A stretch of 64,000 bases of DNA from Schizochytrium sp. TIO01 (lineage: Eukaryota; Protista; Bigyra: Labyrinthulomycetes), in NCBI GenBank assembly GCA_004764695.1, contig SMSO01000007.1:1495270-1559269 (forward strand). Reading direction: 5' to 3'. The translations under genes and the position numbers were made by a program. The notes beneath the pieces are model-generated. The model saw only the letters and a list, made by a program, of their open reading frames with translations, had not been told where the DNA came from and ran no database searches. The first letter of the stretch is position 1, and each line of letters opens with the position of its first letter. Of this stretch, positions 54,733 through 64,000 are shown in pieces.

Positions 54733-56481
54733 AATATCTTGTGCATTCGCAAACCAAAAATGGATGTAAAAGAAGTAGAATCGTGAAGGATCGTGAAGGA
54801 TCGTTCGTGTCGTTCGACGGACCTCTACGGCCTTGGCCAGGATGCTCCATGATCAAAGTTTCTCTCGGCTGGCAGGTTTTCAACTTATGAAGCAGCTGCC
54901 TTAGCCTGACTTTGACTACCTCTATTTGTGTGCATGATAGAGCGGGTTCCGCGGTCGTTCCTTGCGGGAGGGTGGGGAAGGGACGATAGTTATGGACAAT
55001 TATATCAAAATGGATCACTAGCATCTGCTGCCTTTTTGGTTTCCTTTCTTTCTTTTTTTAAAATAAAAATTAAAAAGTTTTTAAGTAAATGTATCTGGTA
55101 CATTGAAATGTACGTTTTCAATGCAGGAATTGTGGAGTCTTGAAGTTGAGATGGCAGTCTACACAAATCGATGCTTGCTATGGCAGAGATGTTGGGCTTA
55201 GACACTGGCCGATAGCATGAAGGGAGAAGTAAGAACGAAGAACTTGAGCTCGAGTGCGACGACCTGGAGGCTTTTTGGCCTGCTTGAGCGACTCAGAGAT
55301 GGTAGGGCCGTTTTAAAAGAGGGTGGAGGGACATTTTGGGCTATACGTTACAATTGGGTAGACGAAGTATAGCTCGTGACTGGGGGTCCTTTCGATGCTT
55401 TGAACAAAACTGCCTATCCCTTGATGACACATATCGAGCTTGATTCGACGATCATCGTCAGGAAGAGAACAAAAAATGTCATCTAACTCTTCCTGATAAT
55501 TCCTCTTTTGGCACCAAAGAGGAATTCTACACTTCTGACGCCAAGGATAAGCATACTGACCATGGTTTGTAATCCGCAACTTATCAATGTAAGACAACCG
55601 AGCGAACAACCGCACGAGAGTCCTGCCTGAGCTTCTCGTGGCGCTCAGAAGAAGATCTGCATTGATAGATTCTAAACATGTTTTACATTTTAAAACTTAC
55701 CCAAGCTCACCTTATTCTTCATTTGTGAGTAACTAGCTTACATCAATGACACCATTTTGTCTAAAAACTACAATTGCATAAAATGTACTACTTAATCACA
55801 CATTCCTTTGACTGCTATAGTATAGCATAACTTGCTAATCAATTTAATATTTATAAGTTGTAAATAGTAAAAACAGCACGGTAAGAAGGATGTTTCTCAC
55901 CTTTTTTTCCTGTTCCATATTTCATATTTCCTGCTCACTTATAATGATATATTCTAAACAAACTTTGGATTCAAAAATTCACCAAAACTCACCTAGTTCT
56001 CTACAAGTTAGTGGTGAGCTTATACGAAGGACACCCTATCGTTAAAAAATATAAAAGTAAAGTTTTTACTATACATTTAAAGTGTCGCTTTTCAAGATAG
56101 TAAAAACAGCACAGAATGAGAGATGTTTCTCATTTTTCAATGTTCCATCTTTTCACTTCACTCATATTTGGATTCTCTAAATAGACCTTACATTCCAAAT
56201 TTCATATACTATCCTAACTCTTCGCATTTACCCTGCAAATTATTGCAACTTCACCCAGTCGTGAAATTCTCGAGCTCCTCCCTAAAATTCACATTACATG
56301 GCAGTGGCCTTTATTGTCACAGATACACAGATATAGCACCCGCCAAAAATGAGAAATTCCATGTGTTTCATGTGAGAGGAACGCAAGGTTGGGACTTTCT
56401 AAGACATTTTAAACAGGGACAAACCGGAAGAGTCCAATTGATCACTACACATCAAAAACATTCACTTTGTAGTAGTAGAGC

Positions 56482-56700
56482 GCATCAGACGAATCTGCTT
56501 CAGACTCGAGCAGCTCCGAAAGCAGCTTCGAAAGCAGCAGCGGCTCGGGAGGTATATCCGGAGGAGCAATCACCGGAATTATCATCTTCCTGGGTACCGT
56601 CTTCATCATACTTGCCATAGGCTCCGTGTACTACTAAAGAAAGCGTCGGTCGATGTATGATGGTGATGATTTTCCAATGCTACTGGTGACGATTCTGATA
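56482..56700 (+). pseudogene. Isolated C-terminal fragment of a type-I membrane protein (Ser stalk + TM + basic cluster) with an in-frame stop
   Basis: The frame from 56482 reads ASDESASDSSSSESSFESSSGSGGISGGAITGIIIFLGTVFIILAIGSVYY*RKRRSMYDGDDF; not in the ORF track. Confidence 0.6.
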
Positions 56701-56929
56701 GATGGGAAAATAATGAACACAGAGAAGACAAAGACAACTATCCGCTGCGCACTGATGACGAGAGAAACTTGTACTACGACAGACAGTAAAGAACTGGCTC
56801 AATAACAAGGAAATTCTTGCAACTCAATCGAAATATTATACTGACAAGTTTGGAGTCATTCTTACTTGCTGGCAGAATATTTGGCCGAATGTAGAGGTCT
56901 GATGCTGAGGAACTAGTTACCTGGTTGAT

Positions 56930-59900
56930 TTAGTGGTCTCGGTCTTCACGGTGTTGATGCTGCTGGTGATGCCGGGATCTATTGTCAGGGTGTTGAGAAT
57001 GTCTGTGAGTCTGAGACGAAGAAATATGCACAGATCGCTCACCGCCTTCCGGGGACCGTATACGTCGTTGCTGGGCAGATAGATCTTGTTGCACTTGGCG
57101 ATTTTGGCGATGGACAGCATCTTCACGGGAGTGGTGATGGCGAACTTGCCTTTCTAGCTCTTCAGATGTGAGATACTGGTCTCTGTATCCCCTATTGCCC
57201 TCCCTGTGATGCCTACTAATCTCTGTTTCCTGTTGTTGGTGTTGTTGATGTTGTTGATGTTGTTGATGTTGCCTTTGAGCAGAAGAAGGAGGTGGTCGAT
57301 GTTGTTGTCGATACTCTTGATCCCGAGAATGAGCTTCCCTGGAGCCTTGGCCATGTCGATTCGCCTGCTGGTGCCTGGAATCCAAGTAGCCCTCTTGTTG
57401 CTGGTGTTGAGAAGAGTTTGGATCGTGACCTCGGTCTCGAGCGTGAGAAACATGTTTCTCATTAATTCCGGGCTCTTGATGTAGTTGCTCAACTTCTTGG
57501 CGGTGATGGTGCTGCTGGTGCTTCTGATCGTGATGGCGGACGTGACGATCAGTTCCCTTAGATTCGTCTTGTTGATGATTACTTCTGGTTTCCATTCTTC
57601 CTCTTTGGTGTCGGTTTTCTTGCCCTCTCAGCACTTGCTCTTGCAAGTTTCCTTCCTCCTGAATGTGATCGACGTGAGATGATAATTGCTCCAACTGATG
57701 CTCGTGCGTCTCGTTTTTGGGCTCGCGCTCACGATGCTGTGCTGAACGTCTAACATGCTGTTCTCCTTGTTGATGTTGCTGGGGCTGGGGCTGCTGCCGC
57801 TGTGGAGAACTCGTGTCCACATTTGGTTGTTCAGTATTTTGTTGGGACCGTTGGGCCTCGTGATGAGGAGGGTGTGTGTGTTCTCTAACGTGTTGCGGTT
57901 GCACTTGGGGCTCTTTATGAAGTGCATGCTGAGAATCTTGTCCTCTGTCGATCTCCCTTGAGCCTTCGTTTTCATTCTTTTGCTCAAGTTCGAGGGGAGT
58001 TACAAGATTGTGGGCTCGGTGCATACTCTGCGACTCTTCTTCTCGGCTTTGCTGTTGAGATGATCCATAGCCCTGCTTCTTCTCATCTTGAACCACACCA
58101 AGTCGATTAGTAGTGGAAGAGCTCCTGCGAGAGATGTCAGAAGTTGTGCTTTTTCGTGGCTTGTCGGCGCCCTGCACATGAATAGCATTGACATCATCAA
58201 GAGCTTCCTTGTTTCTGCGGCCTTGGTTCTGCTTTCTTGACTTATCCTTGCGTTCCGTTGAGGAGGAAAGTTGAGAGGCAGATTGATCTATGACTGTTAA
58301 TTCGATTTTTGGAATTTCTTCAGTTGCTTTTGTTGTGACTACCTCTTCGAGCTTTTCAAAATGTCTCGTGTCGGCTTTAACTGGAGTTTTCTCTAGATCT
58401 CCAAGCTCAGCAGGTTCTTGACAACCATCTTCTCTGTACACAGTACCTTCATTGGTGCTTGGACCTGAATTTAAAAGCGCTTGATCGTTGGCTGGAATTT
58501 TGAGTCTCCGTGATTCGATCTTTGCGTTTTCTGTGGATACTTGTGTTTCCGTTGCATCATTGCTATGGGCATGACCATGTAAGTTAGGCTGTTTGGTCTT
58601 AATTGGAGTACGGGTTGGCCTCTCTTCAGAACGCATGACTCTCGTCGATGTTTCAGAAGGGCCCGGCTCCTGTACCTTCTGGAGAGGTCCAGTTCTGGCA
58701 CCAGTCGAGGAGCTTTGTTTGACGTGGTCACTAGCAGATTCTGGATCTACAGAGTCTTGAGGTTCACTCCTTTCTTGGGTGCGAGGTTTTAGATCTGTGC
58801 CCTCTTTTCTTTGTTGAGAGTTTGGCCCAGTTAACCGGGTTACTGCTTTTCTAGACTTGCTTATCTTCTCAGGTTGTGGATTCCCTTCAGATCCTGCATT
58901 TTCTTCCTCTATTTTTAGAGTAAGTTCTGCTTGCTTTGTAATATTTGAACCTTTTGCTGCCGCTCGCGAATTGATCTGTTTTTTTGCACTGCGCTGTTTT
59001 GCGTCTGCAGTAAGTACTTTATCACCCTCGAACTCTGGTAATAAAATCTCTGTGTTTGCTTGCATTCCTTTAGAAGCATCACCATGCGGTTCTGGTGGTT
59101 CTATACCATCATATGTAACGCTCGAGTCATCCCAAACCATGTTAATAACTGTCAAAGAGTCCGATTTCTCAAGTGGGTCAGGAGCATCCATGTGTTCGTA
59201 GAACACCATTTCACCCAGATCCAAATTCACTACCGACAATTGTTGTTTAAATATGTGATCTTCAGATTGTTTTTCAGAATCCATAGACCTGTTAGCCCTT
59301 TGAGTGTCCCGCATGCTCACCTTTCCTGCAGGGCTCTTCTTATTTACTGGGGACACCGGGCGGTCAAGGGGTGACTCGTGAAGCCTTTTCAACACTGCAC
59401 GCTGCTTGTTCTTTGTCTTGCACTTGGGTTTGACATCTAGGCTACCTGAGTCTGCTTTTTCATTTTCAGCACGACGCTTTGCCCTTAGTTTTCTTTTCTC
59501 AACGCGCTTAGCTAGAGCTTGATCATGAACACGGATCTGCTCTTCCATTCGTTTTATAGCTGCAGCAAGAGCCTCATCTAAGGAAGATATTTCTCTAGTT
59601 GACGGGCGCCGCATGCTTGGATCCAAATCATTAACGTCAAGTATCGGCTTCCCAGCTCCCTCTTGGGATACTATTGCAGGGGGCGTTAAAGTATTCCATT
59701 GTTGTTGTGCTGTCTGTTTTGGAGAAGATGCACTTGCCTCCATACCAGGGGCGCATTTTTCATTTTGAACGATACGATGTCTTCGACCATATAGCTTTAG
59801 AGCCCTCGCCAACTCTGTGTACTCTAGTACACCAGAACTGTCGTGGTCAATACGTTTGATCACCCCAATCGCATCGTCCAAAGTTATATCTGTAACACCC

Positions 59901-61498
59901 AAACCTTCAAGAATTCTTAGAAGCTCTTGAGCATCGATAGTGCCATCCCCAGATGCATCAATTTCCGTAAAAATATGGACAAAACGCTTTTTGTCTTTTT
60001 CCATTGCTGTATATAATGCTGAAATAGCTTGCTCGACGTTCTTTAGATGCTTGACAAGATCAGCAACATGTGCAGGTTGCATACCGTCACGTATTGCAAA
60101 CTTCCAGGTTGTAAAACCTTGGAAAATCTCAGGGTAGCGTAGTCGACCCAAAACCTTCTTAGAGAGCTTCGATTTAAGATTTCGATAGTACTCTTTTTGC
60201 TGGAATCGACGCTTTCGATCTTGATTGCGACGATATCTCTGTAGGAAATCGCAAAGCTTTTGTGGCACGTCGCGTACAGCTCGATCCAGTTCAAAATATG
60301 AGATAGCTCCACTAGCATCGTGGTCTAGCAAAACGAACACCTCGTGAGCATCTTTGATTGTAATATCGGGGGTGACGCTCCCCAGAAGCGTGCATAGCTC
60401 ATGCTCGGTTAGTTTGGCATCAGCACAGGTGTCAAGCGCATCGAATTTCCCCTTTAAATTGCATTTGTCTTGGGCTAATGTCAAACGAACAAAACCCAAC
60501 GCTCGCTGTGCAGGAGATATCTCATTATATTTAACGTTAAGCTCAGACTCCTCCAGACTCAGTGTACCTATGTCCTTGGTCTTTTTTACATTCAATTTAT
60601 TTTCATTAATTCGGCTTATATGGAGCTTTTCTTGCAGGTTATTTGTTTCTCTTTCACTGTTTGCTCCACCATGAGACATATCGGTATTATTTGTCGAGTC
60701 TTTCCCACTACTGTCGTCCTCTGCATCATCCTCTGGTCTACTCGTACGCGTATGTTGTCCATCTACCTCGTGAACTAGAGAAGAAACGTTCTCACGCAGA
60801 AGCAAGGCAAGCTGCCTTCTTGACTTGAGCCAACGAACCTCTAGTTTCTGACGTAATATACTTTGTGTTGTAACACAGCTGGTGACTTTTTTTTGTTGCT
60901 TGGCTTTGGCAAGTTGTTGATCGATATCGTGTAGATCCTTGCGGGCTTTCCATTCTTTGAAGCGTGCCGCGCTGACCAATTTACGATGCAGTGTACGCTG
61001 ATCGCGGGAATGGAAAAATGCATGAGTGGCTTGACGACTTTGCCTAGCAGAACGCGACTTTTCTTTTTGCCAGCGCAAGTACTCGTCATGGGCAAATTCT
61101 CGTCGGTAGGCCAGTTTTTGAGCCTCCTTTAACACATCTTTAGTAGTTGGCTCTTTTGGTGGATACCATCGCTCAGGCCATTTCTGGAGGCGGGGGTCTT
61201 TAGTGTCGCTCAAGGGCTTAATCATAGCTACAACATCTTGTGATTTAGGCGACAATGGGTCAATAGGCGCTCTCAAACAGGTCATCTCATCTGAAGAGCG
61301 AATGATTGGCTTGATATCTTTCTCGGGGTCTTTTGGTCTCTTTGCAAGCTCCTCACGCCAAGCCCGCATTCCTCGATCGGACTTCAGGCATGGCTCGAGC
61401 AAATATTTTGCGTGACGGGTTTCCTGAGTAGCAACCACATCAGTTCGGGCACCTGCTGCGAGCTTCTGCTCCACATGTAATAAATTCATGGACGGCAT
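56930..61498 (-). CDS. 1522-aa protein with four EF-hand motifs and a long disordered Q/H/R-rich C-terminus
   Basis: EF-hand loops LDTCADAKLTEHEL, LDHDASGAISYFEL, IDASGDGTIDAQEL and IDHDSSGVLEYTEL in two pairs; coiled-coil segments; low-complexity tail. Confidence 0.9.
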   Translation of the reverse strand: MPSMNLLHVEQKLAAGARTDVVATQETRHAKYLLEPCLKSDRGMRAWREELAKRPKDPEKDIKPIIRSSDEMTCLRAPIDPLSPKSQDVVAMIKPLSDTKDPRLQKWPERWYPPKEPTTKDVLKEAQKLAYRREFAHDEYLRWQKEKSRSARQSRQATHAFFHSRDQRTLHRKLVSAARFKEWKARKDLHDIDQQLAKAKQQKKVTSCVTTQSILRQKLEVRWLKSRRQLALLLRENVSSLVHEVDGQHTRTSRPEDDAEDDSSGKDSTNNTDMSHGGANSERETNNLQEKLHISRINENKLNVKKTKDIGTLSLEESELNVKYNEISPAQRALGFVRLTLAQDKCNLKGKFDALDTCADAKLTEHELCTLLGSVTPDITIKDAHEVFVLLDHDASGAISYFELDRAVRDVPQKLCDFLQRYRRNQDRKRRFQQKEYYRNLKSKLSKKVLGRLRYPEIFQGFTTWKFAIRDGMQPAHVADLVKHLKNVEQAISALYTAMEKDKKRFVHIFTEIDASGDGTIDAQELLRILEGLGVTDITLDDAIGVIKRIDHDSSGVLEYTELARALKLYGRRHRIVQNEKCAPGMEASASSPKQTAQQQWNTLTPPAIVSQEGAGKPILDVNDLDPSMRRPSTREISSLDEALAAAIKRMEEQIRVHDQALAKRVEKRKLRAKRRAENEKADSGSLDVKPKCKTKNKQRAVLKRLHESPLDRPVSPVNKKSPAGKVSMRDTQRANRSMDSEKQSEDHIFKQQLSVVNLDLGEMVFYEHMDAPDPLEKSDSLTVINMVWDDSSVTYDGIEPPEPHGDASKGMQANTEILLPEFEGDKVLTADAKQRSAKKQINSRAAAKGSNITKQAELTLKIEEENAGSEGNPQPEKISKSRKAVTRLTGPNSQQRKEGTDLKPRTQERSEPQDSVDPESASDHVKQSSSTGARTGPLQKVQEPGPSETSTRVMRSEERPTRTPIKTKQPNLHGHAHSNDATETQVSTENAKIESRRLKIPANDQALLNSGPSTNEGTVYREDGCQEPAELGDLEKTPVKADTRHFEKLEEVVTTKATEEIPKIELTVIDQSASQLSSSTERKDKSRKQNQGRRNKEALDDVNAIHVQGADKPRKSTTSDISRRSSSTTNRLGVVQDEKKQGYGSSQQQSREEESQSMHRAHNLVTPLELEQKNENEGSREIDRGQDSQHALHKEPQVQPQHVREHTHPPHHEAQRSQQNTEQPNVDTSSPQRQQPQPQQHQQGEQHVRRSAQHREREPKNETHEHQLEQLSSHVDHIQEEGNLQEQVLRGQENRHQRGRMETRSNHQQDESKGTDRHVRHHDQKHQQHHHRQEVEQLHQEPGINEKHVSHARDRGHDPNSSQHQQQEGYLDSRHQQANRHGQGSREAHSRDQEYRQQHRPPPSSAQRQHQQHQQHQQHQQQETEISRHHREGNRGYRDQYLTSEELERQVRHHHSREDAVHRQNRQVQQDLSAQQRRIRSPEGGERSVHISSSQTHRHSQHPDNRSRHHQQHQHREDRDH

Positions 61499-63000
61499 TT
61501 TCTAACATCAAAAGAAAGCAAGCGTAACAAATTTGTTGGCAGCACGGCGCTCAACACAATCGGAGGAATGACGTGATTTCCCCTCAAGCCATCTGCGATA
61601 GAGCGCCCAATCTTTGAACCCCAAGGCTCGCCCCTTTCCCTTGAATGGATCTTCATCACCGCGCCATGCGCGTTTTTGCACATACGTTCTAGTACACACA
61701 CTTTGCTAGGTCTGGGAACAGATGCTACTGTGGGAACGAACCAGTAGTCACTGGCCTTTGACTCAGGTTTATATCACAACAGTGCGGAGGGCTGCGACTT
61801 TAATTCGAAAGTCCTCATCACAGCATCGTTGATGCTTGAAGCATAGTTTTGATTTAATCTTGTAGGTAAGCTAGTTCAACAGTTACATCACACAATGAAT
61901 GGAAAGTTACCTTTTCGATTTTTAAAAACAAAACAAAAAACTGTTATTTAAATAAAACAAAAATAATTATTAATGAAAGAAAACACAGCTAATTGACAAT
62001 GGGAGTTGTTAATTTAAAATAAATAAAAAACACAATAGAGTCACATTGGTACTTGAGATGGACACTAATGCCTTCATCTGAAATAAATAAGAAAAATGGA
62101 GGTGCCTGCTACTGAGGTAGAAATATTATCACCTGTTATATGTCAGTAAAAGAATAAGGTCTACCTAGCACTGATATAAATCACTCGATTTAAATTTAGT
62201 CCTGATGCTTCTAGATTGAAGTTTGGAAAACAAATTTACAGCGTTTCAACGCCGCAAGAGTTACACATGCATGATTCCATTGTGGTCGCACCGAGTGCCA
62301 TCTCGTATAAAGCTGCTGGCAAGGTAGTGGATTTAAAGTAGGGCATTCCTTCTCTTTGCTGTAGCGAGATAAAAAAATAGCAGAATCCTGCTACATATTC
62401 AGAAGAATACTTCAATTTTATTTTGCAAACTATGAGCTTGTTTGATTATGTTTATATAAACTGCAACTTGAAGATTGTAAATAAATAATAATAATACTTC
62501 CTAACTATAACACATGGGTAGAAGACTCGAGGTAAAAGTTAAATATTAAAAATGAATTTAATGTAAAATGTTTTTTTAATGTTTAAATATAAATTAAAGT
62601 CTAAAATATTATAAAGAGTAAAATGCCATACAAAATACCATACCATACAAACAATAGGTACATCTCTAGCTAGGTATCGCACCTAACTAATCCGTTAACG
62701 ATATCGAGAAAAGTATGATGAACCTTTGACTTGTAGTAGGGAGGAAGTACAGGAACCACTACGGCAAAGTGATACAGTCTGTACAGCGTTTGCTCACATG
62801 AAATGGGAAACTTGAGCTTCGCAAATACCTTTTATAAAGAGTGGACTTATGGAGTGACCGATCAACATACTTGAGCAGCGTGTATGTGGTCAGGGTCGAC
62901 GCATAACAGCAGCACCCACGACGTAAGAGTAATTAGCACGATAGTCTTCGTGGTGACAGTGACGTCCAGAGAGCGAACTTTGTAGAGCTGGACAGCTCTC

Positions 63001-63042
63001 ATGACATGGACCTACAACAGCAAGAGCAGCAGCAGCAGCAGC

Positions 63043-63101
<59 letters not shown>

Positions 63102-64000
63102 ACAACAACGTCCAGGTTAATATATCTCTAAAAGAACCACTGAAGACGTCACTTATTTTGAGTTTAGAACTATGTAGTCTCGGGGCATGCACTATTGTTG
63201 GCTTGATCTTTGTTCTATGGGTTCGCTATGCGCCTCTACAAAATGAAATTGACATTTCGAAAAATGCCACCATAATTCTGCGTAGACCGGAGCCGTACGG
63301 AAACATTATCTTGAACAATATTCTCTTGACTACGATGATTCCACTCAACATGATTTTCTTCTTCCCAATGTATGTATTTTTTGTGGTAAGAGTGAAGAAA
63401 ACCTGGATAGTCGTTTTATGCTGCGTTTTCAGTACATTGGTAGCTTTTTCCATAATGTGGCTGAGCGTGTATGCTATACCGCAATATAGGTTTATAATCT
63501 CCCAGGCACCTTACCTCGTTATACCTATCGTGCTTAGGTTTGTTCTACCCAGCTCAGCTCAAGTCTGGCTTGTAAGTTTGATTCTCTGGATTTTTTTCAG
63601 TTTCGCACTGATTGGTGTTTATACAATAAGCAAACTGCCCTCGGATGAACCTGCTACACGGATTGCCGTATCTGTATTTGTTCTCCCAATAGCGAGAGAG
63701 CTTGCAAGCATACCCGTTCGAGTCATGGTCCGTGGACTCATTTGCACTGATTGGCTTGAGCATGAATTCCTACATATTCGAAAGGCCTATTGCATCTTAT
63801 TTCCTTTGGTTATAAACTCTCTCCTCTCTGGCTTAGCGAGGCTTATGGCTGCTAGCATCATGGACTGGGGATACAACGTTGCAACAATTCTTGCGAACCT
63901 AGTATTTGAAATCTTTATTCGTCTGACTATTGATAGCCGTGACAAGTTTCTGATGCGGATTTTATCACATTTTACCCCGTGTTTCAAAGGGGTTGTCAAA
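63001..64000 (+). CDS. Multipass membrane protein, 3'-partial (runs off the window); 5' end disrupted at the CAA repeat
   Basis: The frame starting at 63005 has no stop through 64000: ...NNNVQVNISLKEPLKTSLILSLELCSLGACTIVGLIFVLWVRY...MIPLNMIFFFPMYVFFVV..TWIVVLCCVFSTLVAFSIMWLSVY...VWLVSLILWIFFSFALIGVY...ILFPLVINSLLSGLARLMAAS..VATILANLVFEIFIRL, with many hydrophobic helices. The ORF track missed it because there is no stop codon in the window. Confidence 0.8.
63024..63109. repeat. (GCA)n(ACA/CAA)n trinucleotide microsatellite with a one-base phase break at ~63100
   Basis: gcagcagcagcagcagcaacaacaac...aacaacaaca|aacaacaacg. Confidence 0.95.

Noticed and set aside
54098-54752. ORFs encoding (KERKRERE)n or (FLSFSLSL)n
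   Set aside because: They are translations of the TTTCTCTC microsatellite, with no independent evidence of coding
21419-61498. Apparent cluster of Ca2+-related genes (C2/IQ, EF-hand, VSD-like)
   Set aside because: They are spread over 40 kb among unrelated genes, and these domains are common, so chance is sufficient
62890-63192. Minus-strand poly-Val/Ala ORF
   Set aside because: It is the antisense reading of the CAA/GCA repeat; the coding signal is on the plus strand
1-64000. tRNA, rRNA or other structured RNA genes
   Set aside because: None recognised by eye; tRNAscan-SE/Infernal would be needed to exclude them

Overview
Eukaryotic genomic DNA with long, essentially intron-free ORFs, AT-rich spacers and microsatellites. 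By inference from gene style and content it is a protist, plausibly a thraustochytrid/labyrinthulomycete stramenopile; this is not proven. Recognisable genes: a membrane-anchored papain-family protease, a RhoGAP (apparently frameshifted), a 1354-aa protein with a degenerate PIN-like N-terminus and six winged-helix (LOTUS-like) repeats, a 2138-aa multi-C2/IQ protein, a coiled-coil protein, an ankyrin-TPR protein, two tandem REase-fold + kinase paralogues, DNA polymerase delta subunit 2, a PDZ membrane protein, an EDR2_C/DUF1336 protein, an ABCG fusion protein, a URG1/URC1-type GTP cyclohydrolase-like enzyme, an EF-hand protein and a multipass membrane gene running off the right end. Three candidates stand out. 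(1) A recently duplicated Crinkler-like nuclease-kinase cassette has a hypervariable block and sits next to a decayed Ulp1-protease (transposon-type) relic. (2) An ABCG half-transporter is fused to an apparently catalytically dead Notum/pectin-acetylesterase ectodomain and a C-terminal voltage-sensor-like 4-TM bundle. (3) A putative pseudo-PIN + IDR + 6x LOTUS-like protein resembles an RNA-granule scaffold. All domain calls come from manual motif reading; no searches were run.
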